In this document: positions 19,571-25,904 of the stretch, piece by piece
Layout: every line of letters begins with the position of its first letter
Numbering within the stretch: the first letter of the stretch is position 1
From: Candidatus Nanosynbacter sp. BB002
Lineage (GTDB): Bacteria > Patescibacteriota > Saccharimonadia > Saccharimonadales > Saccharimonadaceae
Length of the DNA stretch: 32,000 nucleotides
NCBI RefSeq assembly: GCF_037013405.1
Contig: NZ_CP146064.1
Coordinates: 390,001-422,000 of the forward strand
Direction of reading: 5' to 3'
Translations under genes and position numbers: made by a program
The notes under the pieces: model-generated
What the model was told of the DNA's origin: nothing
The model's input: the letters and a program-made list of their open reading frames with translations, nothing else
Databases searched by the model: none

Positions 19571-20002
19571 TTAATAAATAGCACTGACGGTAAAATATTT
19601 CAATCCGTCGTAGCGAATTTCAGCTTCATCGTTACCACTCGATTCAATCTGCTCTACTGCGTTTCTGAGCGCCTCTCCAGCATTAAACACCTCTGCCAGC
19701 TCGTCGTCGTCATTGTAAAAGAATATAGTACCGTTATCTACTACCGCTTCATAATCCTCATATCTATCTAGCTCCTTCACCGTCTCAATGATATTCTCTA
19801 GCATAGCCTCTTCATCCAATTCGATGCTGATGTTCTCGATTGTAGCGTTCTCCGCTGTACTTCTGCTGAATCGTTTACGCATCTCTCTCTTCATAACCGT
19901 CTCAAGTTCTTCTATATCACCCCTCAAGCTCTTATCTGCTTCAAAAGTGAATTCTTGTGTTGGTTGGTCGCCCGTGTAGTACCACCCTGTAAATGTTGCC
20001 AT
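19571..20002 (-). CDS. highly acidic hypothetical protein (143 aa)
   Basis: ATG 20002 preceded by AAGAAAGGATAAGAAA. Very Asp/Glu-rich. Transcribed from P2 through a ~225-nt leader. Confidence 0.65.
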   Translation of the reverse strand: MATFTGWYYTGDQPTQEFTFEADKSLRGDIEELETVMKREMRKRFSRSTAENATIENISIELDEEAMLENIIETVKELDRYEDYEAVVDNGTIFFYNDDDELAEVFNAGEALRNAVEQIESSGNDEAEIRYDGLKYFTVSAIY

Positions 20003-20229
20003 TTTCTTATCCTTTCTTGGCGGCGGCGGTTGAGGGGCTGTTTATTTTTTAGTGTTTGTGTTTTCTAGGTTTTATTTTCTAGTTTTGATTTTTCGTTTAT
20101 TTACAATCTCCAATTTTACAGTGATTTTAATTCTGAAAAACTGAAAGGTTGATTTGAACATTTTTATACCTACTTTCTTTTGCCGCCGAATTGTTAATTG
20201 TTGCTTGGTTGCCCCTCAACCATGTCTTT

Positions 20230-20265
20230 AGTATAGCAAACGTGTTGCCGTATGTCAACACGTTT
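20230..20265 (-). promoter_or_regulatory. composite hairpin/promoter P2: TTGACA-17-TGcTATACT embedded in a 10-bp hairpin
   Basis: Minus strand: AAACGTGTTG-acatacgg-CAACACGTTT-gcTATACT (-35 at 20258..20253, -10 at 20235..20230). The downstream sequence TATACTaAAGACA matches P1 (TATACTgAAGACA). Confidence 0.55.
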
Positions 20266-20340
20266 TACCAAAAAAGTCAGAGATTTTTCGACATTTTTCA
20301 TCACCCCCGTTAAACCTGTGGAAAACTCGCAATATTACAC

Positions 20341-20712
20341 AGTATAGTCCTACCACGACACTTGTCGCCAGCAGCTCGTGGCGACCGCAGCACGTCAGAA
20401 GTCGACACCGGCATGAAATGGATTGACGGCCGCACAATTTACCAGAAGACATTTGCGATGGGTGGCCTAAAAGTTGCTGGTAAAACAACGAAACCGCATG
20501 GCATTGAAAAACTAGATATGGTTATCAATATTCGTGGTATTGCGAAAGAAGACAGTATTGGCGCAACTATCAACTTACCTCACGCTGCTGATCAACAAGC
20601 TTACACGGTGACGGTTTATGTCGACAATAATAATGTCAACATTCAAACCTACGCTGATCAGTCTGGATATAAGACCTCATTTGTCACCATACAATATGTG
20701 AAAAAAGCCTAA
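20341..20712 (+). other. silent tail-fibre C-terminal (receptor-binding) cassette A
   Basis: The frame is open from 20314. The core reads S-IVLPRH-L in this frame. There is no SD, and the only starts are a TTG inside the site flank and an internal ATG at 20413. The product, TGMKWIDGRTIYQKTF..HGIEKLDMVINIRG..NLPH..SFVTIQYVKKA, resembles a common phage fibre C-terminal domain. Its stop overlaps the fibre stop. Confidence 0.7.
20343..20360 (+). repeat. recombination-core candidate, copy A (TATAGTCCTACCACGACA)
   Basis: 18/18 identical to the minus-strand copy at 21070-21087. It is part of a 23-nt stretch (20341-20363) identical to 22119-22141. Confidence 0.9.
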
Positions 20713-21686
20713 ACAATTCCAATTGCCACCCATGAAATCCCATGCCAAGCCCCACCAAATATGCCAGTTGTTGAAGCGTTGAGTGTCGTACCGGTGTTCG
20801 TAACAACGCCAGACTCAATATTCAGTCCACTGCCGATCACCTGATTAAATTCGCTGATACTGGTAGCTTTGCCGCCTGTCTTGTAGCCAATTAAGGTCGG
20901 TGACATTGAAAACACCTGCTTGAATTGCTTTGGAAAAACAACAGGCACTGGCTGTCTTTTCGTGCTATTTCCCCAGAATTGCACCCAGCCAGTTTGCACT
21001 AAGATATTGCCAGTAACGCTCTGGCTGACACCGTCAGCACTGAATGCTAACAGAGCTGATGAGCTGAGATGTCGTGGTAGGACTATATCATTGCCAAGTG
21101 CGTCAGAGCCAATCACGCCGTTTTTGAACATTTCAGCCCTGTTAATCCGTCCATCAGCCAACGTGGCTGGATTACGCCTATCAGTGATGACAGAGTCGAG
21201 AATTGTCGTCGTGCCAGCGTTTACGCGTATCTCAGCGATGACTTCATATGGATTAGACGCACCAATCTTCGCCTTGATCTGCGATGGCGTTGGTGCGCTT
21301 GGGTTAGTCGCTGGCGTGCCTGGAACGACAACGGCCTTTGTGCGATTCTCGTTGTTAGCGACGGCTTGCGACGCAGCCACGTTTGTGTCGATGTAAATCA
21401 CCACCGCGTCAATTCGCGGATTGGCGCTGTTTGCCGTGGTGACACTCGCTTGAACTGGCTGCGTACTCAAGTTGCTCACTGGAAACGTTGCCGACATAGC
21501 GTCACGCACCAGTAGATCGTCAGGTATACCATTCTCCCCGCCGATCAGCACATTCATGCCGACAGGGCTGGCTTGACGCACTCTAAAGCCGCTAATCCAC
21601 GAGCCGACAAAAGCATTTCCGAGTGCGTGGAATAGTGCGCTATCAGTAGTGCGGCCACCGTTGCTATTAGGAAAACCTAGCGCCAT
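20709..21686 (-). CDS. tail fibre / receptor-binding protein (constant residues 1-~206 plus currently joined variable end)
   Basis: 325 aa. The N-terminal half (..GFRV..MNVLIGGENG..NPRIDAVVIYID..VVPGTPATNPSAP..ILDSVITDRR) matches a pattern I associate with siphophage fibre/RBP N-domains. The C-terminal end resembles cassette B. Contains the core at codons 200-206. Confidence 0.8.
   Translation of the reverse strand: MALGFPNSNGGRTTDSALFHALGNAFVGSWISGFRVRQASPVGMNVLIGGENGIPDDLLVRDAMSATFPVSNLSTQPVQASVTTANSANPRIDAVVIYIDTNVAASQAVANNENRTKAVVVPGTPATNPSAPTPSQIKAKIGASNPYEVIAEIRVNAGTTTILDSVITDRRNPATLADGRINRAEMFKNGVIGSDALGNDIVLPRHLSSSALLAFSADGVSQSVTGNILVQTGWVQFWGNSTKRQPVPVVFPKQFKQVFSMSPTLIGYKTGGKATSISEFNQVIGSGLNIESGVVTNTGTTLNASTTGIFGGAWHGISWVAIGIV
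21070..21087 (-). repeat. recombination-core candidate, copy F (inside the fibre gene)
   Basis: Minus strand: gaT ATA GTC CTA CCA CGA CAt = D-IVLPRH. Inverted relative to copies A and B. Confidence 0.9.
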
Positions 21687-21688
21687 AG

Positions 21689-21991
21689 TTATTTTTCGTC
21701 AGCGCTTTCAGCCTCAGCCTCGGTGGTGTCGACCGTCTCGACCTCAGCATCATCATTGGTATTTTCAACTTCTGGCTCAACAACCTCGTCAGCAGACTCT
21801 ACTACTGGTGTCTCTGGCTCAGTAGGCTCGCTTTCAGCCTCAGCCTCGGTGGTGTCGACCGTGCCTTTGGCTGCCGAAATACTCACGTACGGCCCGCTGT
21901 GTGCATCGCCTTTGACGAAAATATAATAGCCGTCAACTGTTCGACGAATCTCGCCGCCCTTATAATTCTGTACTTTTTCAGTGTTTTCCAT
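21689..21991 (-). CDS. acidic hypothetical protein (100 aa) with a repeated TVDTTEAEAES tail
   Basis: ATG 21991 preceded by AGGAGGATTCAT. 34-bp direct repeat at 21703-21736 and 21829-21862. Stop lies 2 nt before the fibre ATG. Confidence 0.65.
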   Translation of the reverse strand: MENTEKVQNYKGGEIRRTVDGYYIFVKGDAHSGPYVSISAAKGTVDTTEAEAESEPTEPETPVVESADEVVEPEVENTNDDAEVETVDTTEAEAESADEK

Positions 21992-22118
21992 ATGAATCCT
22001 CCTGATTATAAATGTACAGATTAGGCGATTTGACATTATTTGCCGTGGAAAATATAGCGGTACTCTTTATATAGGCGAATAACGATTCTTTTGAGTATAA
22101 TAAACATATTCTAATTAT

Positions 22119-22502
22119 AGTATAGTCCTACCACGACACTTAAAATGGTCAGACTTCATTCAGGCGAAACGAGACAGCACTAACCAGCCAGTTGAACCTG
22201 TCATTTTTCAGTATGGTCGAGCAAGAGTAGTAGCCCCAGCCGACACAATAGAGACTACGACGACCGTTACGTTTCCGAAAATATTTAAGAGTGGAACGGT
22301 ACCGACTGTTATTTGCACCTACAACGGATACGGCAACAGTAGTGATCCATGGACGGACGCACCAAATCCGTCTTGGGCTGGTGCGGCAATTGGGGCGGTT
22401 AGTATCACAAACTCATCATTTGCGGCGAGATGTCGCCGCTTTGATGGTGCTATGCTGAGAGGTTCATATTACTTCAGCTGGATCGCAATTGGCGCAGTCT
22501 AA
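22119..22502 (+). other. silent tail-fibre C-terminal cassette B (paralogue of the expressed end)
   Basis: My translation shows a frame open over 22104-22499 (132 codons) with no ATG/GTG/TTG before codon 117, so it is absent from the ORF track. It reads ..SIVLPRHLKWSDFIQ..VTFPKIFKSGTVPTVICTY..YYFSWIAIGAV*. The expressed end reads ..VVFPKQFKQVFSMSPTLIGY..HGISWVAIGIV*. Confidence 0.65.
22121..22138 (+). repeat. recombination-core candidate, copy B
   Basis: Same 18-nt core. The 23-nt stretch 22119-22141 is identical to 20341-20363. Confidence 0.9.
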
Positions 22503-22526
22503 ACTATAAAGAAATCCTTTCTAGTT

Positions 22527-22561
22527 CAAAAACCGCCTCGGAGCTTATCGAGGCGGTTTTC
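22527..22561. terminator. bidirectional rho-independent terminator
   Basis: AAAAAA-CCGCCTCG-gagcttat-CGAGGCGG-TTTT. Lies between the holin stop (22582, -) and the cassette B stop (22502, +). Confidence 0.8.
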
Positions 22562-22581
22562 AGTTGTTCGGAAATACCGAA

Positions 22582-22839
22582 CTACTCAACGGCCTGCTGC
22601 ATCTGACGCACTAACTCAATGACTATCGTCTTAGCGGCCGACAGTCCAGCAGCAATCGCAGATAGCGTAGTCGCTAGTGCCAGTGCCCACAACTCGCGCC
22701 AACTTGCCGCAAACAACAAATTTACTAGGTTTACGCCTGCTAATAAGAATGTTGCGATAAACGTTTGTAGAAACGTCCACAATGCTCGAGCAACAACATC
22801 TTTGTAGTTGATATTTTTCAGTGCTTCTAGTGATTTCAT
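22582..22839 (-). CDS. holin (two-TM, small)
   Basis: 85 aa with two hydrophobic helices (ALWTFLQTFIATFLLAGVNLV; ELWALALATTLSAIAAGLSAA) and a charged C-terminus. AGGAGAG RBS. Position in the lysis cassette. Confidence 0.65.
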   Translation of the reverse strand: MKSLEALKNINYKDVVARALWTFLQTFIATFLLAGVNLVNLLFAASWRELWALALATTLSAIAAGLSAAKTIVIELVRQMQQAVE

Positions 22840-22851
22840 GCTATTCTCTCC

Positions 22852-23172
22852 TTACATTAATCCAAAACTGCTGCTGGAGCCGCTCTTTAGCAGACAGTTT
22901 TCGGTATTTTGAATTTTAGCGTCTATTGTTCGCTGGATTACAGCACCTCGCGGGTCTTTCAGCGGCTCGCCCGTTTTGGGATCGTGCCATCTACTCAAGC
23001 CTGGGACGCTGTGCGCGTCCACTAAGCATTGCAGGCAATCGTTGTATGTCGAGCCTGCTGGCATCTCTGGCGTGGTCTCGCCAACGTGCAGCGTCACGCA
23101 GCCGCAAGCTTTGCACTCGCGGAAGTACAGGCTCGACTTCGTGATGGTGATTTTTGATAAATCTGGCGCCAT
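22852..23172 (-). CDS. hypothetical CxxC...CxxC (zinc-ribbon-like) protein, 106 aa
   Basis: I prefer ATG 23172 (MAPDLSK...), which overlaps the endolysin stop as TAATG. Contains CKACGC and CLQC cysteine pairs. Confidence 0.5.
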   Translation of the reverse strand: MAPDLSKITITKSSLYFRECKACGCVTLHVGETTPEMPAGSTYNDCLQCLVDAHSVPGLSRWHDPKTGEPLKDPRGAVIQRTIDAKIQNTENCLLKSGSSSSFGLM

Positions 23173-24155
23173 TATGGTAACCTCAAAACGTCGCCTGGGT
23201 GGATTAGATCCGGGTTTGGCAGGTTGTTGATTCGAGCCAGCGTCTGCCAGTCTGTGCCGTGCGCAGCCGCGATAGTGCTGAGGTTGTCGCCCCATTGAAC
23301 CGTCACGGTTCGTTCGGCCGGCGCGCTTCCGCCTGGTACTCGCAATACTTGGCCTGCATAAATCAGGTTTGGATTCTGAATGCCGTTGATGGCTGCTAAG
23401 TAGTGGTAATCTACGCCATATTTTTCGGCGATCTCACTCAGCGTATCGTTTGGCTGAACTGTGTATGTCGGCTGTGGCTCTGGTGTTGGTTGTGGGTTAG
23501 CAATTTGCCCGCTGTGTCCAGCTGGTGCTGGCGCTCCGCCTGCGTACTTATCCCACGCTTCAGCGTCGCCGTAAAACTCGTTACAGTCGAGGTTTCCACC
23601 CCAGCCGTCAAGTCGGCCGCTTGATGTCCACTGCCACATTGCGTAGCCGTCCCAGTATTTGACGCTTGGCGGCGTGCCGGCCTGGCTCATGTCGTAGTTG
23701 AAGTCGACGGCCATGTCGCGATACTTCGCCACCCAAAGTCCATAGTCAGCGCCAGCGACGCTGCTCCAATCGTGGCTGTTTACCACGCTCTCTGACATGT
23801 AGATGAGCGGCTTCACTCCTGTGCGTTCCTGTACACGGTCGAGCCAGCGCTTTGCCCACGCTACGTCGCCAACATTTCCGCCGTCTTCCCAGTCGAGAAT
23901 AAGCATAGCGTGCTTAATGTATCCCTGGATATTGTCGACGAAAAAGTCAGCTTCAGCGATTGCGCCATTGCTGCCATTTCTCGCAAAGTGATAAACACCG
24001 AGCTTTTTGCCGGCTGCGGCCGCCTGCTGATAATGCTCGTCGCAATTTGGGTTGACGTAGTCAGTTCCCTCGGTTGCTTTTACTATTACGAAATCTGCCG
24101 GGATTTTACCGGCGTCCAAGCCAGCCTGCCAGCTTGATATGTCGATGCCTTTCAT
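23172..24155 (-). CDS. endolysin: GH25 muramidase plus two LysM repeats
   Basis: MKGIDISSWQ..DFVIVKATEG..GVYHFAR..LILDWE is the GH25 pattern. Two C-terminal LysM units (YTVQPNDTLSEIAEKYGV...VLRVP; VTVQWGDNLSTIAAAHGT...VLRLP). AGGAGG before ATG 24155. Confidence 0.9.
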   Translation of the reverse strand: MKGIDISSWQAGLDAGKIPADFVIVKATEGTDYVNPNCDEHYQQAAAAGKKLGVYHFARNGSNGAIAEADFFVDNIQGYIKHAMLILDWEDGGNVGDVAWAKRWLDRVQERTGVKPLIYMSESVVNSHDWSSVAGADYGLWVAKYRDMAVDFNYDMSQAGTPPSVKYWDGYAMWQWTSSGRLDGWGGNLDCNEFYGDAEAWDKYAGGAPAPAGHSGQIANPQPTPEPQPTYTVQPNDTLSEIAEKYGVDYHYLAAINGIQNPNLIYAGQVLRVPGGSAPAERTVTVQWGDNLSTIAAAHGTDWQTLARINNLPNPDLIHPGDVLRLP

Positions 24156-24178
24156 TTGACCTCCTATTAAATTAATCA

Positions 24179-24484
24179 TTACGGTTTATTCACGACTCTC
24201 ACAATCAAATCGACCATAAAGCCAATCACGGTAATTACCGCTGTCATTACGCCAGCACCAATCTTGGCTTCGCTCTTGGACAGATAATTGCCTTGCATCA
24301 GTTCCACGCGGGCTATCAGGGCTTTAAGCTCCTCGGCATCGGCTTTCGATTCAGCTAGCTGTTTGACCGACTCCGCCAGCCGCGACACATTATCGTTTAT
24401 TGAGCTCAGCCGCTCATTCAGTACGTCGTCGCGCGCAGTCATCATGATGCCCAATTCCCGCACCGTTTTGGGTGTTTGATTCAT
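24179..24484 (-). CDS. XhlA-like lysis-associated membrane protein (coiled coil plus C-terminal TM)
   Basis: 101 aa from ATG 24484 (AAGGAA RBS). Coiled-coil N-terminal part and one C-terminal TM helix (GAGVMTAVITVIGFMVDLIV). Immediately upstream of the endolysin, as PBSX xhlA is relative to xlyA. Confidence 0.5.
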   Translation of the reverse strand: MNQTPKTVRELGIMMTARDDVLNERLSSINDNVSRLAESVKQLAESKADAEELKALIARVELMQGNYLSKSEAKIGAGVMTAVITVIGFMVDLIVRVVNKP

Positions 24485-24532
24485 CGATTCCTTGTCTCGT
24501 TTATCGTTCATTCTCACTTACCACATTACAGA

Positions 24533-24955
24533 TTAGACATATTCAACCCTCAGCTCACCGTCAGACGTAGCGAACGCGTAGATTTTGAACGTGTTGCTGC
24601 CGAGGTCGACTAAAAAATCTGATATATTTAGCCACGTCTGTACACCGCCATTGCTTCGCCGGCGTTGGAAATAGCGAGTAACATCCTCTAGTCTTGAACC
24701 ATGGCTGCTGCGCCTGCCAACCATCAGCTTAAAAACCATACCCGACTGATACGTACTAGCTTTCGGCGTAAATACGATTTTGAACCGCCTCAGAAACATT
24801 GCGTCACGCTTGTCGATCGCCGCTTCTAACTTGATACGAAATACCTGCACGCCGTCAGCACCAACACGCTGTGCTGCTTTCATCTCGGTAATTTCACGCT
24901 CGCACCGCGTAATGATTCGCGCCATCGTCTCGCCGTCTATCTCTTGAATCCTCAT
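24533..24955 (-). CDS. small tail/baseplate-associated protein, paralogue 3 (140 aa)
   Basis: Shares an N-terminal helix plus the motif EMKAAQRVGADGVQVF with the two upstream genes. ATGA overlap with its neighbour. Confidence 0.6.
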   Translation of the reverse strand: MRIQEIDGETMARIITRCEREITEMKAAQRVGADGVQVFRIKLEAAIDKRDAMFLRRFKIVFTPKASTYQSGMVFKLMVGRRSSHGSRLEDVTRYFQRRRSNGGVQTWLNISDFLVDLGSNTFKIYAFATSDGELRVEYV

Positions 24956-25407
24956 AACATCCTACTTTCGATTGTCAAATCGACACTAGTATTTGCCACC
25001 ACGGCACACTTCATCTGCGCCAGCACGCTACTCAGTCCCTTTCGCACGTACGCGTATGCAAACCATCTGCGAACATGCCGCGCGTCGCTTGATATCGGTA
25101 TTATGTCAATACGCGTCGGTGCTGCACTGTTTATCAGTATCTTGTCAATAATCAGATCAGCCAACAAGAACGTCTTGTCCTTTCTTGCCGTCGCCGTAAT
25201 GATAAATGGCACGCCAGAGGCTTGCTGCTGTCCGCCAACCACGTTAGCAACCTGATTGAAATCCCACTCGTCGTTGCTGGCACTCTCGTAAAACACCAGC
25301 CCGTTTGATGCCATCACCTGGCTAGTCTTGAGGTCGCGGATGTTGCGATCAAGTGACGTTAGAATGTCTGTCAGCTGGTTTTCAGGCAACATACTCAGCC
25401 GATTCAT
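24952..25407 (-). CDS. small tail/baseplate-associated protein, paralogue 2 (151 aa)
   Basis: Motif RDLKTSQVMASNGLVFYE. ATGA overlaps on both sides. Confidence 0.6.
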   Translation of the reverse strand: MNRLSMLPENQLTDILTSLDRNIRDLKTSQVMASNGLVFYESASNDEWDFNQVANVVGGQQQASGVPFIITATARKDKTFLLADLIIDKILINSAAPTRIDIIPISSDARHVRRWFAYAYVRKGLSSVLAQMKCAVVANTSVDLTIESRML

Positions 25408-25904
25408 AGCAGGCTCGCTTTCATGCCGAACGACCCCTTATCTGTCCCCAGAAAAATACACTTGGCGTAGACGTATTTTGTTTGCCCTGGTCGTGGACTG
25501 TCGATAGTGGCGCTGGCACTAAACACCAGTTGATATGGCAACTCTAACTTATTGATATCTGGCGAACTCTGATCAATAATACTGCCAGTAATCGGCTGCG
25601 CGCCCGCTAGCGTGTCAGGGTTATCGCCGATATAAAACTGTGGCAAAAACAGCACGTATGGCCACTGCTGTTTACGTGCGGTGAATGTTGTTTCAATTTT
25701 GATTATTCTTCCACTAGGAAAAGTCGGGTCATATGTGACAGGTATCATCGCGTCGTATTCCTGTACACTTTTCGTTTCGTAATAAATAATGCCAGAGTTG
25801 TTGCTGGTTCTCTGCGCCGCTTTCATTTGCTCAGAGGCACGCAGTAGCGCCCGCAATCTGCCAATGGCACGCCGCTCCTCCACTAGATTCAATCGTCCGC
25901 TCAT
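25404..25904 (-). CDS. small tail/baseplate-associated protein, paralogue 1 (166 aa)
   Basis: Motif EQMKAAQRTSNNSGIIYYE. ATGA overlap with the Tal-like gene. Confidence 0.6.
   Translation of the reverse strand: MSGRLNLVEERRAIGRLRALLRASEQMKAAQRTSNNSGIIYYETKSVQEYDAMIPVTYDPTFPSGRIIKIETTFTARKQQWPYVLFLPQFYIGDNPDTLAGAQPITGSIIDQSSPDINKLELPYQLVFSASATIDSPRPGQTKYVYAKCIFLGTDKGSFGMKASLL

Noticed and set aside
20341-20363. The 23-nt repeats might be nothing more than duplicated promoters, since their left end reads CTATACT on the minus strand and resembles the TATACT -10 boxes of P1 and P2
   Set aside because: The identity extends 16 nt further into coding sequence. It is kept in the same codon phase in all three copies. 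The fibre-internal copy lacks the TATACT end (it reads TATATC). Promoter duplication alone does not explain this, though a weak outward promoter cannot be excluded.
20255-20488. 77-aa minus-strand ORF overlapping the head of cassette A
   Set aside because: It is antisense to the cassette frame, Cys/Arg-rich, has no RBS, and its 3' end abuts the P2 promoter hairpin (20230-20265) downstream.
20341-22502. Diversity-generating retroelement (TR/VR) as the explanation for the repeated fibre ends
   Set aside because: There is no reverse transcriptase in the window. The repeats are only 18-23 nt, not ~100 nt or more. The cassettes differ throughout rather than at adenine-specific positions.
22852-23295. 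Long form (147 aa) of the ORF downstream of the endolysin
   Set aside because: Its first 41 codons overlap the endolysin LysM region in another frame and are Arg/Pro/Gln-rich junk-like sequence. The internal ATG at 23172 overlaps the endolysin stop as TAATG, matching the coupling seen elsewhere in this operon.
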